From: Parcubacteria group bacterium
GTDB lineage: Bacteria; Patescibacteriota; Minisyncoccia; Moranbacterales; UBA11712
NCBI GenBank assembly: GCA_041659065.1
Contig: JBAZYY010000006.1
Coordinates: forward strand, 1,551 to 65,550
Direction of reading: 5' to 3'
Length of the DNA stretch: 64,000 nt
Shown here: positions 21,051-30,172 of the stretch, piece by piece
Layout of the letters: each line of letters begins with the position of its first letter
Position numbering within the stretch: the stretch's first letter is position 1
Program-made: the position numbers and the translations under genes
Notes under the pieces: generated by a model
What the model was told of the DNA's origin: nothing
Databases searched by the model: none
The model's input: the letters and a program-made list of their open reading frames with translations, nothing else

Positions 21051-21779
21051 ATGCAGAAAATAGCAATTCATTTGAAAGAAGCCGGTTTTGAAGAAAAAGA
21101 GGCTGAAATATACCTAGCGGTGTTGGAATTGGGAAAAGCGACGGTTTCGGATATTTCCCGGAAAGCCGGAATCAAAAGAACGACGATATACGAATATCTG
21201 GAAAAATTGCTCAATGAAAGCCTGATTCACAAAACAGTGAAGGGGAAAAGAGTCTATTATGCTGCCGAAAATCCGGACAAGCTGGTCAATATTTTGGAAA
21301 AAAGAAAAAGAAAAATCAGCTCTATTCTCCCGCAGCTTCAGGGCATTTTCGATGTTTCGAGACACATACCACAAGTCAGATTCTATGAAGGCATTGAAGG
21401 GATGCGGACAATATACGACGAGATGACCAAAACCTCGCAAACAATCTATGGAGTGTTTTCGGCCGATAAGTATTTTTCGGTTTTCAATAAAGATGACAAC
21501 GAAAGATTTTTCCAGAATATTCGAGAACACGGCGGACAGATTAAAGATGTCATCGAAAATAGTCCGGTCGGCAAAAAACATGCTAAGAGCAAATACTATG
21601 AGGGGATCGGAACTCCGAAGATTTTGCCAAAAGATTTCCGATTATCAGTTGACCTTATGGTTGCAGGAAATAAAGTGGCGATGTTATCATTAGTGAACTT
21701 GGCTGGCGTCATAATTGAAAATTCGGAAATTGCGGACTTGCAGAGGAATTTTATAAAATTTATGAGGAGGAATATCTAA
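21051..21779 (+). CDS. TrmB-family transcriptional regulator
   Basis: N-terminal wHTH (EAEIYLAVLELGKATVSDISRKAGIKRTTIYEYLEKL) plus C-terminal VRFYEGIEGM region. TTGACA-N17-TAGATT promoter upstream. Confidence 0.7.
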   Translation: MQKIAIHLKEAGFEEKEAEIYLAVLELGKATVSDISRKAGIKRTTIYEYLEKLLNESLIHKTVKGKRVYYAAENPDKLVNILEKRKRKISSILPQLQGIFDVSRHIPQVRFYEGIEGMRTIYDEMTKTSQTIYGVFSADKYFSVFNKDDNERFFQNIREHGGQIKDVIENSPVGKKHAKSKYYEGIGTPKILPKDFRLSVDLMVAGNKVAMLSLVNLAGVIIENSEIADLQRNFIKFMRRNI

Positions 21780-21799
21780 TTATTTTGGCATTATAAGCT

Positions 21800-23410
21800 A
21801 TGAACAAAAAAACCGCGTTAATTTCCGTTTTTGACAAGAAAGGAGTTGAAAAATTTGCTAAAAGCTTGGTGGATCTGGATTGGGAGATTTTGGCATCGGG
21901 GGGGACGGCGAAATATTTAACAGAAAAAAATATTCCAGTGCGGGATGTAGCGGATTTAGTAGGCGGAGAAGCCATACTCGGGCATCGGGTTGTCACGTTA
22001 TCCCGCGAAATTCACGCGGGACTGATGGCAAGGCCGGATGTTCAAGAAGATATGAAAGAACTGGAAAAACTTAAAATTCCGTTTATCGATTTGCTTTGTT
22101 GCGATTTATATCCTCTAGAGGAAGAAATTAAAAAATCAGATGCCACCTACGAATCGGTTATTGAAAAAACAGATGTGGGTGGGCCGACGATGGTTAGATC
22201 CGCAGCTAAGGGAGGAAGAATTGTTGTTTGCGATCCAGGAGATCGCAAAGGAGTAATTGATAAGCTAATAAACAACGGCGATTTAAGCAAAAAAGAAAGA
22301 ATTGAACTTGCGGCTAAAGCAGAATATGTAATTTCCAAATATTGTCTCGAAGCGGCCAAGTTTCATTCAGAAGAGAGATACGGCGGATATTTAGGAATTC
22401 AGATATCCGAAACTCTCTATGGAGAAAACGCCTACCAGGTTCCGGGCCGGCTGTATTCAGCTGGAAGCGATGATCCGCTTGCGCTCGACAAATTCAAGAT
22501 TCTGACTGACATGGCGCTAAGTTATAACAATACCTGCGACATGGATCGGATGCTTCAGACGTTGACGCACATCATTGCCGCCTTCGAGATAAATAATGTT
22601 TCTGCAAAGTATTTTGGAGTCGCGGTGAAACATGGCAATTGCTGCGGAGCGGCATATGGTAATGATAAGATCGAGGTGATAAAAAAAGTGATTGAAGGCG
22701 ATCCGAGGGCGATTTTTGGAGGGCTTACAATGTTTAATTTCGATTTTGATGAAGGGGAAGCGGAAACATTGTTAACGCACTCAATGGGCGAAGGACAAAG
22801 AAGATTGCTAGATGGAATCGTAACTCCCGGTTTTTCCGAAAAAGCGCTTGAGCTCTCGAGAAGAAAAAAAGATAAGTGCCGATTTGTGGTTAACGCGGCT
22901 CTTGCCAATATCAGCAAGGGCAATTTGGATATCAAAAAAAGATTTCGCTATGTCCGCGGGGGTTTCTTGACCCAGCCGAATTACGCTTTTGTTTTGGATT
23001 TCGCTCATCCGGAAATAAAAATATTCGGCAAGCTGGGCGATGGCGTCAAATCAGACTTACTTCTTGCCTGGGCAATTGGCGTGACTTCTAATTCCAATAC
23101 GATCACTCTTGTGAATAATTCCAAGTTAATCGGCAACGGAGTTGGCCAGCAGGACAGGGTGGGCTGCTGCGAGTTAGCGATCAAGCGCGCTAAAGACGCC
23201 GGGCACGTTATCCAAAATGCAGTGGCGGCGAGCGATAGCTTCTTCCCATTTCCCGATGCTCCTCAGGTTTTGATCGGGGCCGGCGTGAAAACTATTTTTG
23301 CGACCTCCGGCTCGGTTAACGACAGCGAAGCTCAAAAACTATGCGCGGACAGTAATGTGGCTCTCGTCCAAATCCCCGACAAGCTTGCCCGTGGTTTCTT
23401 CGGGCATTAA
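21800..23410 (+). CDS. purH: bifunctional AICAR transformylase / IMP cyclohydrolase
   Basis: N-terminal MGS-like domain (ALISVFDKKG...GGTAKYL, VGGPTMVRSAAKGG). C-terminal AICARFT motifs KHGNCCG, NGVGQQDRVG, ASDSFFPFPD. Confidence 0.8.
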   Translation: MNKKTALISVFDKKGVEKFAKSLVDLDWEILASGGTAKYLTEKNIPVRDVADLVGGEAILGHRVVTLSREIHAGLMARPDVQEDMKELEKLKIPFIDLLCCDLYPLEEEIKKSDATYESVIEKTDVGGPTMVRSAAKGGRIVVCDPGDRKGVIDKLINNGDLSKKERIELAAKAEYVISKYCLEAAKFHSEERYGGYLGIQISETLYGENAYQVPGRLYSAGSDDPLALDKFKILTDMALSYNNTCDMDRMLQTLTHIIAAFEINNVSAKYFGVAVKHGNCCGAAYGNDKIEVIKKVIEGDPRAIFGGLTMFNFDFDEGEAETLLTHSMGEGQRRLLDGIVTPGFSEKALELSRRKKDKCRFVVNAALANISKGNLDIKKRFRYVRGGFLTQPNYAFVLDFAHPEIKIFGKLGDGVKSDLLLAWAIGVTSNSNTITLVNNSKLIGNGVGQQDRVGCCELAIKRAKDAGHVIQNAVAASDSFFPFPDAPQVLIGAGVKTIFATSGSVNDSEAQKLCADSNVALVQIPDKLARGFFGH

Positions 23411-23414
23411 AATA

Positions 23415-23458
23415 TTCAAAATAAAAAAAGGGAGAACCGCGTAGTTCTGCGACTCTCC
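23415..23458. terminator. stem-loop between convergent purH and decarboxylase genes
   Basis: gggagaaccgcgtagttctgcgactctccc hairpin flanked by A and T runs. Confidence 0.5.
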
Positions 23459-23467
23459 CAGCATCGA

Positions 23468-24718
23468 TTAAAATGTTTTAATGCCAGCCTCGCTGACCAA
23501 AATTTCGGTCGGTTTTTTATAGCCAGGGAATAGCGACATTAGCACAGATCCGTATGCCCCGGCATTTTTGATGGCGAGGATGTCACCGACCATTATCTTT
23601 GGCAGTAAGCGATCTTCCGCTAGAAAGTCATTTTGCAGGACGGAATTTCCGCAGATGGTGTAGAGCCGTTTAGGCTTGCTGTTAATCTTGTTGGCTACAA
23701 CAATGTCATGCCAACCTCCTGCATTCTGGCCGTAGATGTAAGGACGCGCGAAAATTCCAAAGCCACAGTTCACGCCGATTTGGGTCCAGGTATCCATGTT
23801 TTTGACATTAGTGACTTCGCAGAGCAGGGTTCCGGCGTCGCCGATCAAGGAACGTCCGGGCTCGATTTTGAGACTAATTTCTCGACCGAAATACTTGGAT
23901 ACTGAATGCATGAGAGAAGTAAGGCGTTGGCCATATCCACCCCAGTCAAATTCTTTGTCGGTCGGTTTAGCGGGAATGCCGAAACCCGCGCCGAAGTTTA
24001 TATACTCAATGTCCTCAAATTCTTTCGCGCAGTCAGCGAGATATGAGCTGAGAGTAAGGAATGGCTCGAGATCGAGTACATTCGAAGCCAGATAGCCGTG
24101 GATGCCAGTGATCTTTAGCCCGTATTTTTTGGCGATGCGTTTGGCTTCCGGAAATTTTTCCCTTTTTATGCCGACCCTCGCTTTTGGGTCATAAGGTTTA
24201 TTAGTGGCGCATTGATTTAGCATTCCAGGTTGAATAAAAACCCGGATGCCGATTTCCTTTTTGATGAGCGGATGATCGCCATAGTGCGAGGTAATTTCTC
24301 CATATTCTTCGACCTCCTCGAGTGAGTCCAGGTTAAGATGAGCACCGAGCGTTATGAATCTTTTCATGTCTCTTGGCGAGATATTTGTGGTAGTGACAGA
24401 GATCTGCTGTTTCGAGTATCCGCACTGCTGCGCCAACATATATTCCTGGAGGGAATTCACTTGAAGGGAAGAGCCTACGTCAAGAAGCAAGGTTAAGATC
24501 TTGGGATGATTATTGCACATGATCGCATAATGGATTTGCTTCGGCTCATACGGAATTGAGCTCACAATCCTTCTAAAGTTAGCTATAATCTTTTCCGCGT
24601 CATAAACATAAAGCGGAGTTCCAAATCTCATCGCCAGCCACGGCGCATTCCAGTTTCCGATTTTGAGACAGGTAGTCATTTGTATCACCTCGATATTTTT
24701 AAGGAGCTTCTTAATCAA
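23468..24718 (-). CDS. PLP-dependent fold-III decarboxylase (diaminopimelate decarboxylase LysA-like) with the Schiff-base Lys replaced by Met
   Basis: FGTPLYVYD, GAGFGIP (GGG-type loop), EPGRSLIGDAG and CGNSV motifs of Orn/DAP/Arg decarboxylases. The canonical YAVKAN is YAIMCN here, with an ATG codon at ~24518-24520. Confidence 0.75.
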   Translation of the reverse strand: MIKKLLKNIEVIQMTTCLKIGNWNAPWLAMRFGTPLYVYDAEKIIANFRRIVSSIPYEPKQIHYAIMCNNHPKILTLLLDVGSSLQVNSLQEYMLAQQCGYSKQQISVTTTNISPRDMKRFITLGAHLNLDSLEEVEEYGEITSHYGDHPLIKKEIGIRVFIQPGMLNQCATNKPYDPKARVGIKREKFPEAKRIAKKYGLKITGIHGYLASNVLDLEPFLTLSSYLADCAKEFEDIEYINFGAGFGIPAKPTDKEFDWGGYGQRLTSLMHSVSKYFGREISLKIEPGRSLIGDAGTLLCEVTNVKNMDTWTQIGVNCGFGIFARPYIYGQNAGGWHDIVVANKINSKPKRLYTICGNSVLQNDFLAEDRLLPKIMVGDILAIKNAGAYGSVLMSLFPGYKKPTEILVSEAGIKTF

Positions 24719-24857
24719 GTTCTGCTTAAACTTGACCTACAAGTATATAAAATAATTACAAAATAATCAATAATAAAAGCTTAAATTGACCTATAAAATT
24801 ATTAATGTATAATAATAATATACATACAATAAAATAACTTAGCCTATTTTAGCCAAA

Positions 24858-25640
24858 ATGGAGCAGGATGAACTGAAAAAAAGCCTTTACAAAGGCCTCA
24901 AAGAATTAGGACTATCAGAAGCGGAAATCAATCTATACGTGATCTCCTTAAAATTGGGGCAAACTTCAATCGTGAATGTTGCCCGACATATGGGAATTTC
25001 AAGGCCGAATGTCTACAAGGTCATTTTCAGCCTTGAAAAACATGGGTTGGCAAAATTCTCCGAAAAAGGAAAATACGCCCGGGCTTTCATGGTGGAATCT
25101 CCAACCTTTGTCTTGGAAATGATCAGAAAAAAGCGAGAAGATATGTCCGAGATCGATCATAATCTGGTCTCCTCCCTGCCGGACCTCTTAACTAAATATC
25201 ACCAGGGACAAGCGCCAACGAAAGTTAGAGTTCTCCAGGGAAAAGAGCATTTCCTGAAGATATTCAATCAAAGCTTGGAGGAAGAAAACAAGGAAGTCTT
25301 GTTTTTCGGCGCAACCGAGGATTTTATAGGATTTATTTCTTGGACGGAAGAGCGAAAATGGATTACAAAAAGGGTAAAGAGGAATATTTTTGTAAAAGTT
25401 CTCACTCTTCCTGGAAAAGAGGGAGCAGAAATTCTACGTCCACAAGATCAAGCGGAGCTTCGCGAAACCAGAATCTTGAAAGGGACTTGGCCTTTCATGA
25501 CTTCTTTTCAGCTATTCGCGAATAAAGTAGTTATTTGGCAGCCTAAAGCGCCACTGGCTCTGTTAATCGAAGATCAATATATTGTGGAAATGCTTAAAAG
25601 TATGTTCGACTTCATGTGGGAAAAATCAGTAGAGAAATAG
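24858..25640 (+). CDS. TrmB-family transcriptional regulator
   Basis: wHTH (LSEAEINLYVISLKLGQTSIVNVARHMGISRPNVYKVIFSLEKHGL) plus TrmB-like C-domain. TTGACC-N17-TATAAT promoter upstream. Confidence 0.65.
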   Translation: MEQDELKKSLYKGLKELGLSEAEINLYVISLKLGQTSIVNVARHMGISRPNVYKVIFSLEKHGLAKFSEKGKYARAFMVESPTFVLEMIRKKREDMSEIDHNLVSSLPDLLTKYHQGQAPTKVRVLQGKEHFLKIFNQSLEEENKEVLFFGATEDFIGFISWTEERKWITKRVKRNIFVKVLTLPGKEGAEILRPQDQAELRETRILKGTWPFMTSFQLFANKVVIWQPKAPLALLIEDQYIVEMLKSMFDFMWEKSVEK

Positions 25641-25747
25641 GCGCTCGAATCACTTTAAAAGATCTCGCATTTGTGGTATAATTAGAGTGAGATTTATTTG
25701 AAGATAGAATCAGTTCACCCTGTTAAATAAATAAAAAAACAAAATAA

Positions 25748-26701
25748 ATGTTCAGTAAATTTCTTGACGGTTTTAACTTTATCGCCCGGTGCAAAAAATA
25801 TAAAATCGGCCTTTGGCAATGTCCGAATTTTCTTTTTTTGGTGATGGGAGTCGTAACCGTGACAGCCATGGTGGGGACATATATAGCTGCCCGGCGGTTT
25901 GATGACGAGACGGTCACGGTAGTCAGCGTTAGCTTGGTGGTGGCCGTGATTTTTGTAATCGGAAACTTAATCATCCGAGGAGTGGAAAGAATCGCAGAGG
26001 CTGATATTTTGAAAAGTGAATTCATTTCCATCATCTCCCATCAGTTGTGCAGCCCCCTCTCGGCGATTAAATGGAATTTGGAGATTATCGAAACGGAAAA
26101 AACGCCCGAGCACGCTCTTTCCGACAAGCAAATGCTTTTTCTGGACAATATCAAAAAGTCCAATGAGCAAATGCTTAAGCTGGTTAGTGACCTTCTGGAT
26201 GTTGTCCGCATCGATCAGGGCCGGACTATATTTGTTAAGGAAAAAGTTGATCTTAGCCGGGTGGTCAGGGAAGTAGTCGAAGGACTGAAACATCTGACTG
26301 ACAGCAAGAAAATTAAAGTTGAGTTGGGAATCGAGGATAATTTGCCGCTTGTGGTGGCGGATGAGAAAAAAATGAGAGTAGTTTTCGATAACTTGATCGG
26401 CAATGCGGTAAAATTTTCAAACGATAACAGTAAGGTGCTGGTTAAACTTGAGAACAACACTAATAATGTCAAATTCACGGTCCAGGACTGGGGGGTGGGT
26501 ATTCCGCGCCATCAGCACGACAAGATATTCGAAAAATTTTTCAGAAGCAGTAATGCTTCGCGCTATCGGACCGAGGGTGTTGGATTGGGTCTATACTTGG
26601 TTAAAGCTATTCTTAAAAGCTTTGGAGGCGAAATTTGGTTTAAAAGCGAAATTGACAAAGGTTCGACATTTTTTTTCACTCTTCCCAGCGTCAAACTTTA
26701 G
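25748..26701 (+). CDS. sensor histidine kinase (2 TM, HisKA + HATPase_c)
   Basis: H-box SHQLCSPLSAIKW. N, G1 and G2 boxes present (DNLIGNAVKFS, GVGLGLYLV). Confidence 0.8.
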   Translation: MFSKFLDGFNFIARCKKYKIGLWQCPNFLFLVMGVVTVTAMVGTYIAARRFDDETVTVVSVSLVVAVIFVIGNLIIRGVERIAEADILKSEFISIISHQLCSPLSAIKWNLEIIETEKTPEHALSDKQMLFLDNIKKSNEQMLKLVSDLLDVVRIDQGRTIFVKEKVDLSRVVREVVEGLKHLTDSKKIKVELGIEDNLPLVVADEKKMRVVFDNLIGNAVKFSNDNSKVLVKLENNTNNVKFTVQDWGVGIPRHQHDKIFEKFFRSSNASRYRTEGVGLGLYLVKAILKSFGGEIWFKSEIDKGSTFFFTLPSVKL

Positions 26702-26737
26702 ATATCTAACACAACTTAAAATTTTAATTGTAAACGC

Positions 26738-27118
26738 ATGTCAGATGCCAATAAAAAGAAAATTTTGATCGTAGAAGATGACCGAGCTCTCCAGAATGCA
26801 TTGCTGGAAATGCTGGGGCAGGAAGGTTATGAACTTATACCGGCTGTAGACGGGGAAGAAGGACTTGCCAAGGCTGCCAGCGAAAAACCGGATCTGATAC
26901 TACTGGACATAATACTTCCGAAAAAGGATGGCTATGAAGTACTGGCAGATATCAAAAAAAATCCTGAAATCAAAGATATTCCAGTTTTAATTCTCACTAA
27001 TCTGGAAGAGATTAGTGATGTGCAAAAGGCCATCAGCTTAGGCGCAAAAACTTTTATGGTCAAGTCCGATTTTAGCCTGAAAGACGTCCTGGAAAAAGTT
27101 AAGGAGAACTTGAAATAG
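26738..27118 (+). CDS. response regulator, stand-alone receiver (CheY-like) domain
   Basis: 126 aa. Phospho-acceptor Asp in LILLDIILPKKDG and conserved Lys near the C-terminus. Confidence 0.85.
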   Translation: MSDANKKKILIVEDDRALQNALLEMLGQEGYELIPAVDGEEGLAKAASEKPDLILLDIILPKKDGYEVLADIKKNPEIKDIPVLILTNLEEISDVQKAISLGAKTFMVKSDFSLKDVLEKVKENLK

Positions 27119-27150
27119 CAAATTGGTTTTCATAAACAAAAAAATATTTA

Positions 27151-28920
27151 TTGATCCTTGATCTTCGATCATGGATCTCCGTGCAAATGAGAGTTGATAA
27201 CGAAAGACTAAAAAGCTTCATATTGGACGCGGGACTGGTTCCTGAAACCGACGTAGATAAGGCAATTGACGTCAGTAAACAGTCCGGAAAGAGACTGGGT
27301 GATGTTTTGGTTGAACAAAAACTGATGAGCGGCAATCAAGTTCGCCAGCTCTACTCTTATATCTTAGGAGTACCTTTCGTGAATCTGGAAAAAGAAATTA
27401 TACCGCGGGAGATTTTGCAAATGATACCCGAACCGATAGCTAAAAAATATAAGATTGTGGCCTTCAAGAAGGCAGACGACGAGCTCAAAGTCGCCATGCT
27501 CAATCCGGAAGATATTCAGACCATTGATTTTATCCGAAAAAAAACCGGGCTAAAAATTTCACCTTGCATTACGACCGAGGAAGGCGTGGAGAATGCTCTT
27601 AAGCAATATGAACAAAGCCTTAAGGCCGAGTTTGGAGACATTATTGAAAAAAACGCAGAGGATATCGTATCCGAGGAATCACTGGAAAAAGTAGCCCAAG
27701 GTTTGCCGATCATCCGCATAGTAGATACACTCCTCAAACACGCCGTGCTTCAGGAGGCAAGTGATATTCATATTGAGCCGGATGAAAAAGAAGTGAGAAT
27801 ACGCTACCGGATCGACGGAATATTGCATGATGCCATGACGCTTCCCAAGTCAGTAATGGACGGAATCGTAGCAAGAATAAAAATACTTTCTAACTTAAAG
27901 CTGGATGAGCATCGCTTGCCCCAAGATGGCCGTTTCAAAATCGAACAAGATAGTCATCGGGTGGCTTTCCGGGTTTCAATTCTTCCTGTATACAGCGGAG
28001 AAAAAATTGTAATGAGGCTTTTAGATGAATCATCCAAGGGGCTGACTTTGGAGGGAATGGGCCTATGGGGAAAGTCGCTTGAGGATATCCACCAAGCCAT
28101 AAAAAAACCCAATGGCATGATTCTGGTTACCGGACCAACCGGATCAGGAAAAACGACAACTTTATATACAGTTATGGACATTCTCAATACCCCACAGGTG
28201 AATATTTCTACCGTAGAGGACCCGATTGAATATAAGATGCCGCGCATCAATCAGACGCAGGTCATGCCGCAGATCGGGCTGACATTTTCCTCCGGCCTCA
28301 GATCGCTTTTGCGCCAGGATCCTGACATTATCATGATTGGAGAGATCCGCGATAAAGAAACCATGGAAATCGCCATCCATGCGGCCATGACGGGGCATCT
28401 AGTGCTGTCAACTCTTCACACCAACAGCGCTGCCGGAGCTATCCCGAGGCTCCTGGACATGGGAGCGGAATCTTTTTTAGTTGCCTCAACTATAAATGTC
28501 GTGGTCGGGCAACGGCTGCTTAGAAAATTATGTTCAGACTGCCGGCAACCATTTAATCTTGACGAGGAGCTTTCGGCGTCGCTGAAAAAACAAGTTGACA
28601 TAGCAAGAATTGTTGAAATCGCAAAAAAAAATAATCTAATTGATGTGAAATCCGGAAACGATTGGAAGGATCTGCAGTTTTGGCGTCCGGGAGGCTGTTC
28701 TCGTTGCAATCAGGAAGGCTACAAGGGGCGAGTTGGGATTTATGAGGTGTTGGATGTTTCCGAAAGTATAGCTCAAATGATAGGCAAACAAGCAACCAGC
28801 GATGAAATCGAAAAAAAAGGGACCGAAGAAGGCATGTTGAAGCTTGTCGAAGACGGTTTTATAAAAGCTCTTCAAGGAATAACATCAATCGAAGAAGTTT
28901 TGAGAGTCACGAAGGAATAA
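27151..28920 (+). CDS. pilB: Type IV pilus assembly ATPase PilB (GspE family)
   Basis: N-terminal GSPII_E_N domain, Walker A LVTGPTGSGKTTTLY, Asp and His boxes, CxxC tetracysteine zinc motif (CSDC...CSRC). The track start is TTG. An ATG (MRVDNERL) 36 nt downstream is the more likely start. Confidence 0.9.
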   Translation: MILDLRSWISVQMRVDNERLKSFILDAGLVPETDVDKAIDVSKQSGKRLGDVLVEQKLMSGNQVRQLYSYILGVPFVNLEKEIIPREILQMIPEPIAKKYKIVAFKKADDELKVAMLNPEDIQTIDFIRKKTGLKISPCITTEEGVENALKQYEQSLKAEFGDIIEKNAEDIVSEESLEKVAQGLPIIRIVDTLLKHAVLQEASDIHIEPDEKEVRIRYRIDGILHDAMTLPKSVMDGIVARIKILSNLKLDEHRLPQDGRFKIEQDSHRVAFRVSILPVYSGEKIVMRLLDESSKGLTLEGMGLWGKSLEDIHQAIKKPNGMILVTGPTGSGKTTTLYTVMDILNTPQVNISTVEDPIEYKMPRINQTQVMPQIGLTFSSGLRSLLRQDPDIIMIGEIRDKETMEIAIHAAMTGHLVLSTLHTNSAAGAIPRLLDMGAESFLVASTINVVVGQRLLRKLCSDCRQPFNLDEELSASLKKQVDIARIVEIAKKNNLIDVKSGNDWKDLQFWRPGGCSRCNQEGYKGRVGIYEVLDVSESIAQMIGKQATSDEIEKKGTEEGMLKLVEDGFIKALQGITSIEEVLRVTKE

Positions 28921-28924
28921 CTCT

Positions 28925-30136
28925 ATGCCAATTTTCAAATACGTAGCAAAAAATAGCCAGGGAGAAGTCAAAGAGGGAGACTTAGAAGGGGCTGACAAGA
29001 GATCTATTGTTGAATCTCTTCGTAACGAAGGATTTTTTGTCACGACTATTTTTGAGAGACAAGCAAAATCTCAAAAAAGCAGCAAAGTTATGAGTTTTTT
29101 TTCTAAGGTGTCACTTAAGGACAAGATGATGTTCGCGCGACATTTGGGCGTCATGCTGGGATCGGGGCTTTCATTGCCCAGGGCGTTGAAAGTAATTTCC
29201 AACCAAACTAAAAACCGAAAATTTCAAGCCGTATTGGGGCAGCTTGAAAATGAAGTAAAGATGGGGACTAGTCTGGGCGATAGCCTGGAAAAGGCACAAG
29301 TTTTTGATGATCTCTCAATTAATATGATCAGAGTGGGAGAAGTGGCAGGAAACTTGGAAGAGGTCCTTAAACTACTGGCTGATCAGCTGGAAAAAGAACA
29401 TTCCTTGATAAGCAAAGTTAGGGGCGCCATGTATTATCCGGGAGTCATCATGCTAGTTATGTTTGTGATCGGGATTGCCATGATGACTTATGTAGTTCCG
29501 TCGATCACCGCGATTTTTTCTGATGTCAACACCGAGCTGCCGTTTTCCACCAAAATTGTAATTGGAGCAAGTAATTTCATGAAAGATAATCAAATTCTTG
29601 TTTTTGGAATGATAATTCTGATTGCCGCGGCTATCTTTGTGTTTTTTAAAACTATTTACGGAAAAAGAGCTACCGGATTTCTATTTCTCAAGACGCCGGT
29701 TATCAATAAAATTACGATAAAAGTTAATAATGCCCGTTTTGCCAGAATCTATGGCTCACTCATAAAGAGTGGGGTTCCGATTGCCGAGTCATTGCGGATC
29801 ATCTCAGAAACTCTAACCAACAGATATTATCAAGAAGCGTTTAAAAAAATCCAAGAGGGAGTTCAAAAAGGGAAACCGCTTTATGGCGAGCTTTCAAACT
29901 TTCCCAAGCTTTTTCCGGTACTTATTATCCAGATGGTGGAAGTTGGAGAAGAGACCGGAAAAACGGTGGATGTCTTATTGGACCTCGCTAAATTTTACGA
30001 AGAAGAAATCGATCAAGCGACTAAAAATATATCTTCAATCATTGAGCCGGTACTTATGGTAATAATCGGATCTGCGGTGGGATTCTTCGCGGTTTCAATG
30101 ATAATGCCAATGTACTCAGTCATGGATCAGATGTAA
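28925..30136 (+). CDS. pilC: Type IV pilus inner-membrane platform protein PilC (GspF family)
   Basis: 403 aa with two T2SSF repeats and 3 TM helices. Confidence 0.9.
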   Translation: MPIFKYVAKNSQGEVKEGDLEGADKRSIVESLRNEGFFVTTIFERQAKSQKSSKVMSFFSKVSLKDKMMFARHLGVMLGSGLSLPRALKVISNQTKNRKFQAVLGQLENEVKMGTSLGDSLEKAQVFDDLSINMIRVGEVAGNLEEVLKLLADQLEKEHSLISKVRGAMYYPGVIMLVMFVIGIAMMTYVVPSITAIFSDVNTELPFSTKIVIGASNFMKDNQILVFGMIILIAAAIFVFFKTIYGKRATGFLFLKTPVINKITIKVNNARFARIYGSLIKSGVPIAESLRIISETLTNRYYQEAFKKIQEGVQKGKPLYGELSNFPKLFPVLIIQMVEVGEETGKTVDVLLDLAKFYEEEIDQATKNISSIIEPVLMVIIGSAVGFFAVSMIMPMYSVMDQM

Positions 30137-30172
30137 GCTGGAAGTGGAAAATTAAAAGTAAAAATTAAAAAT

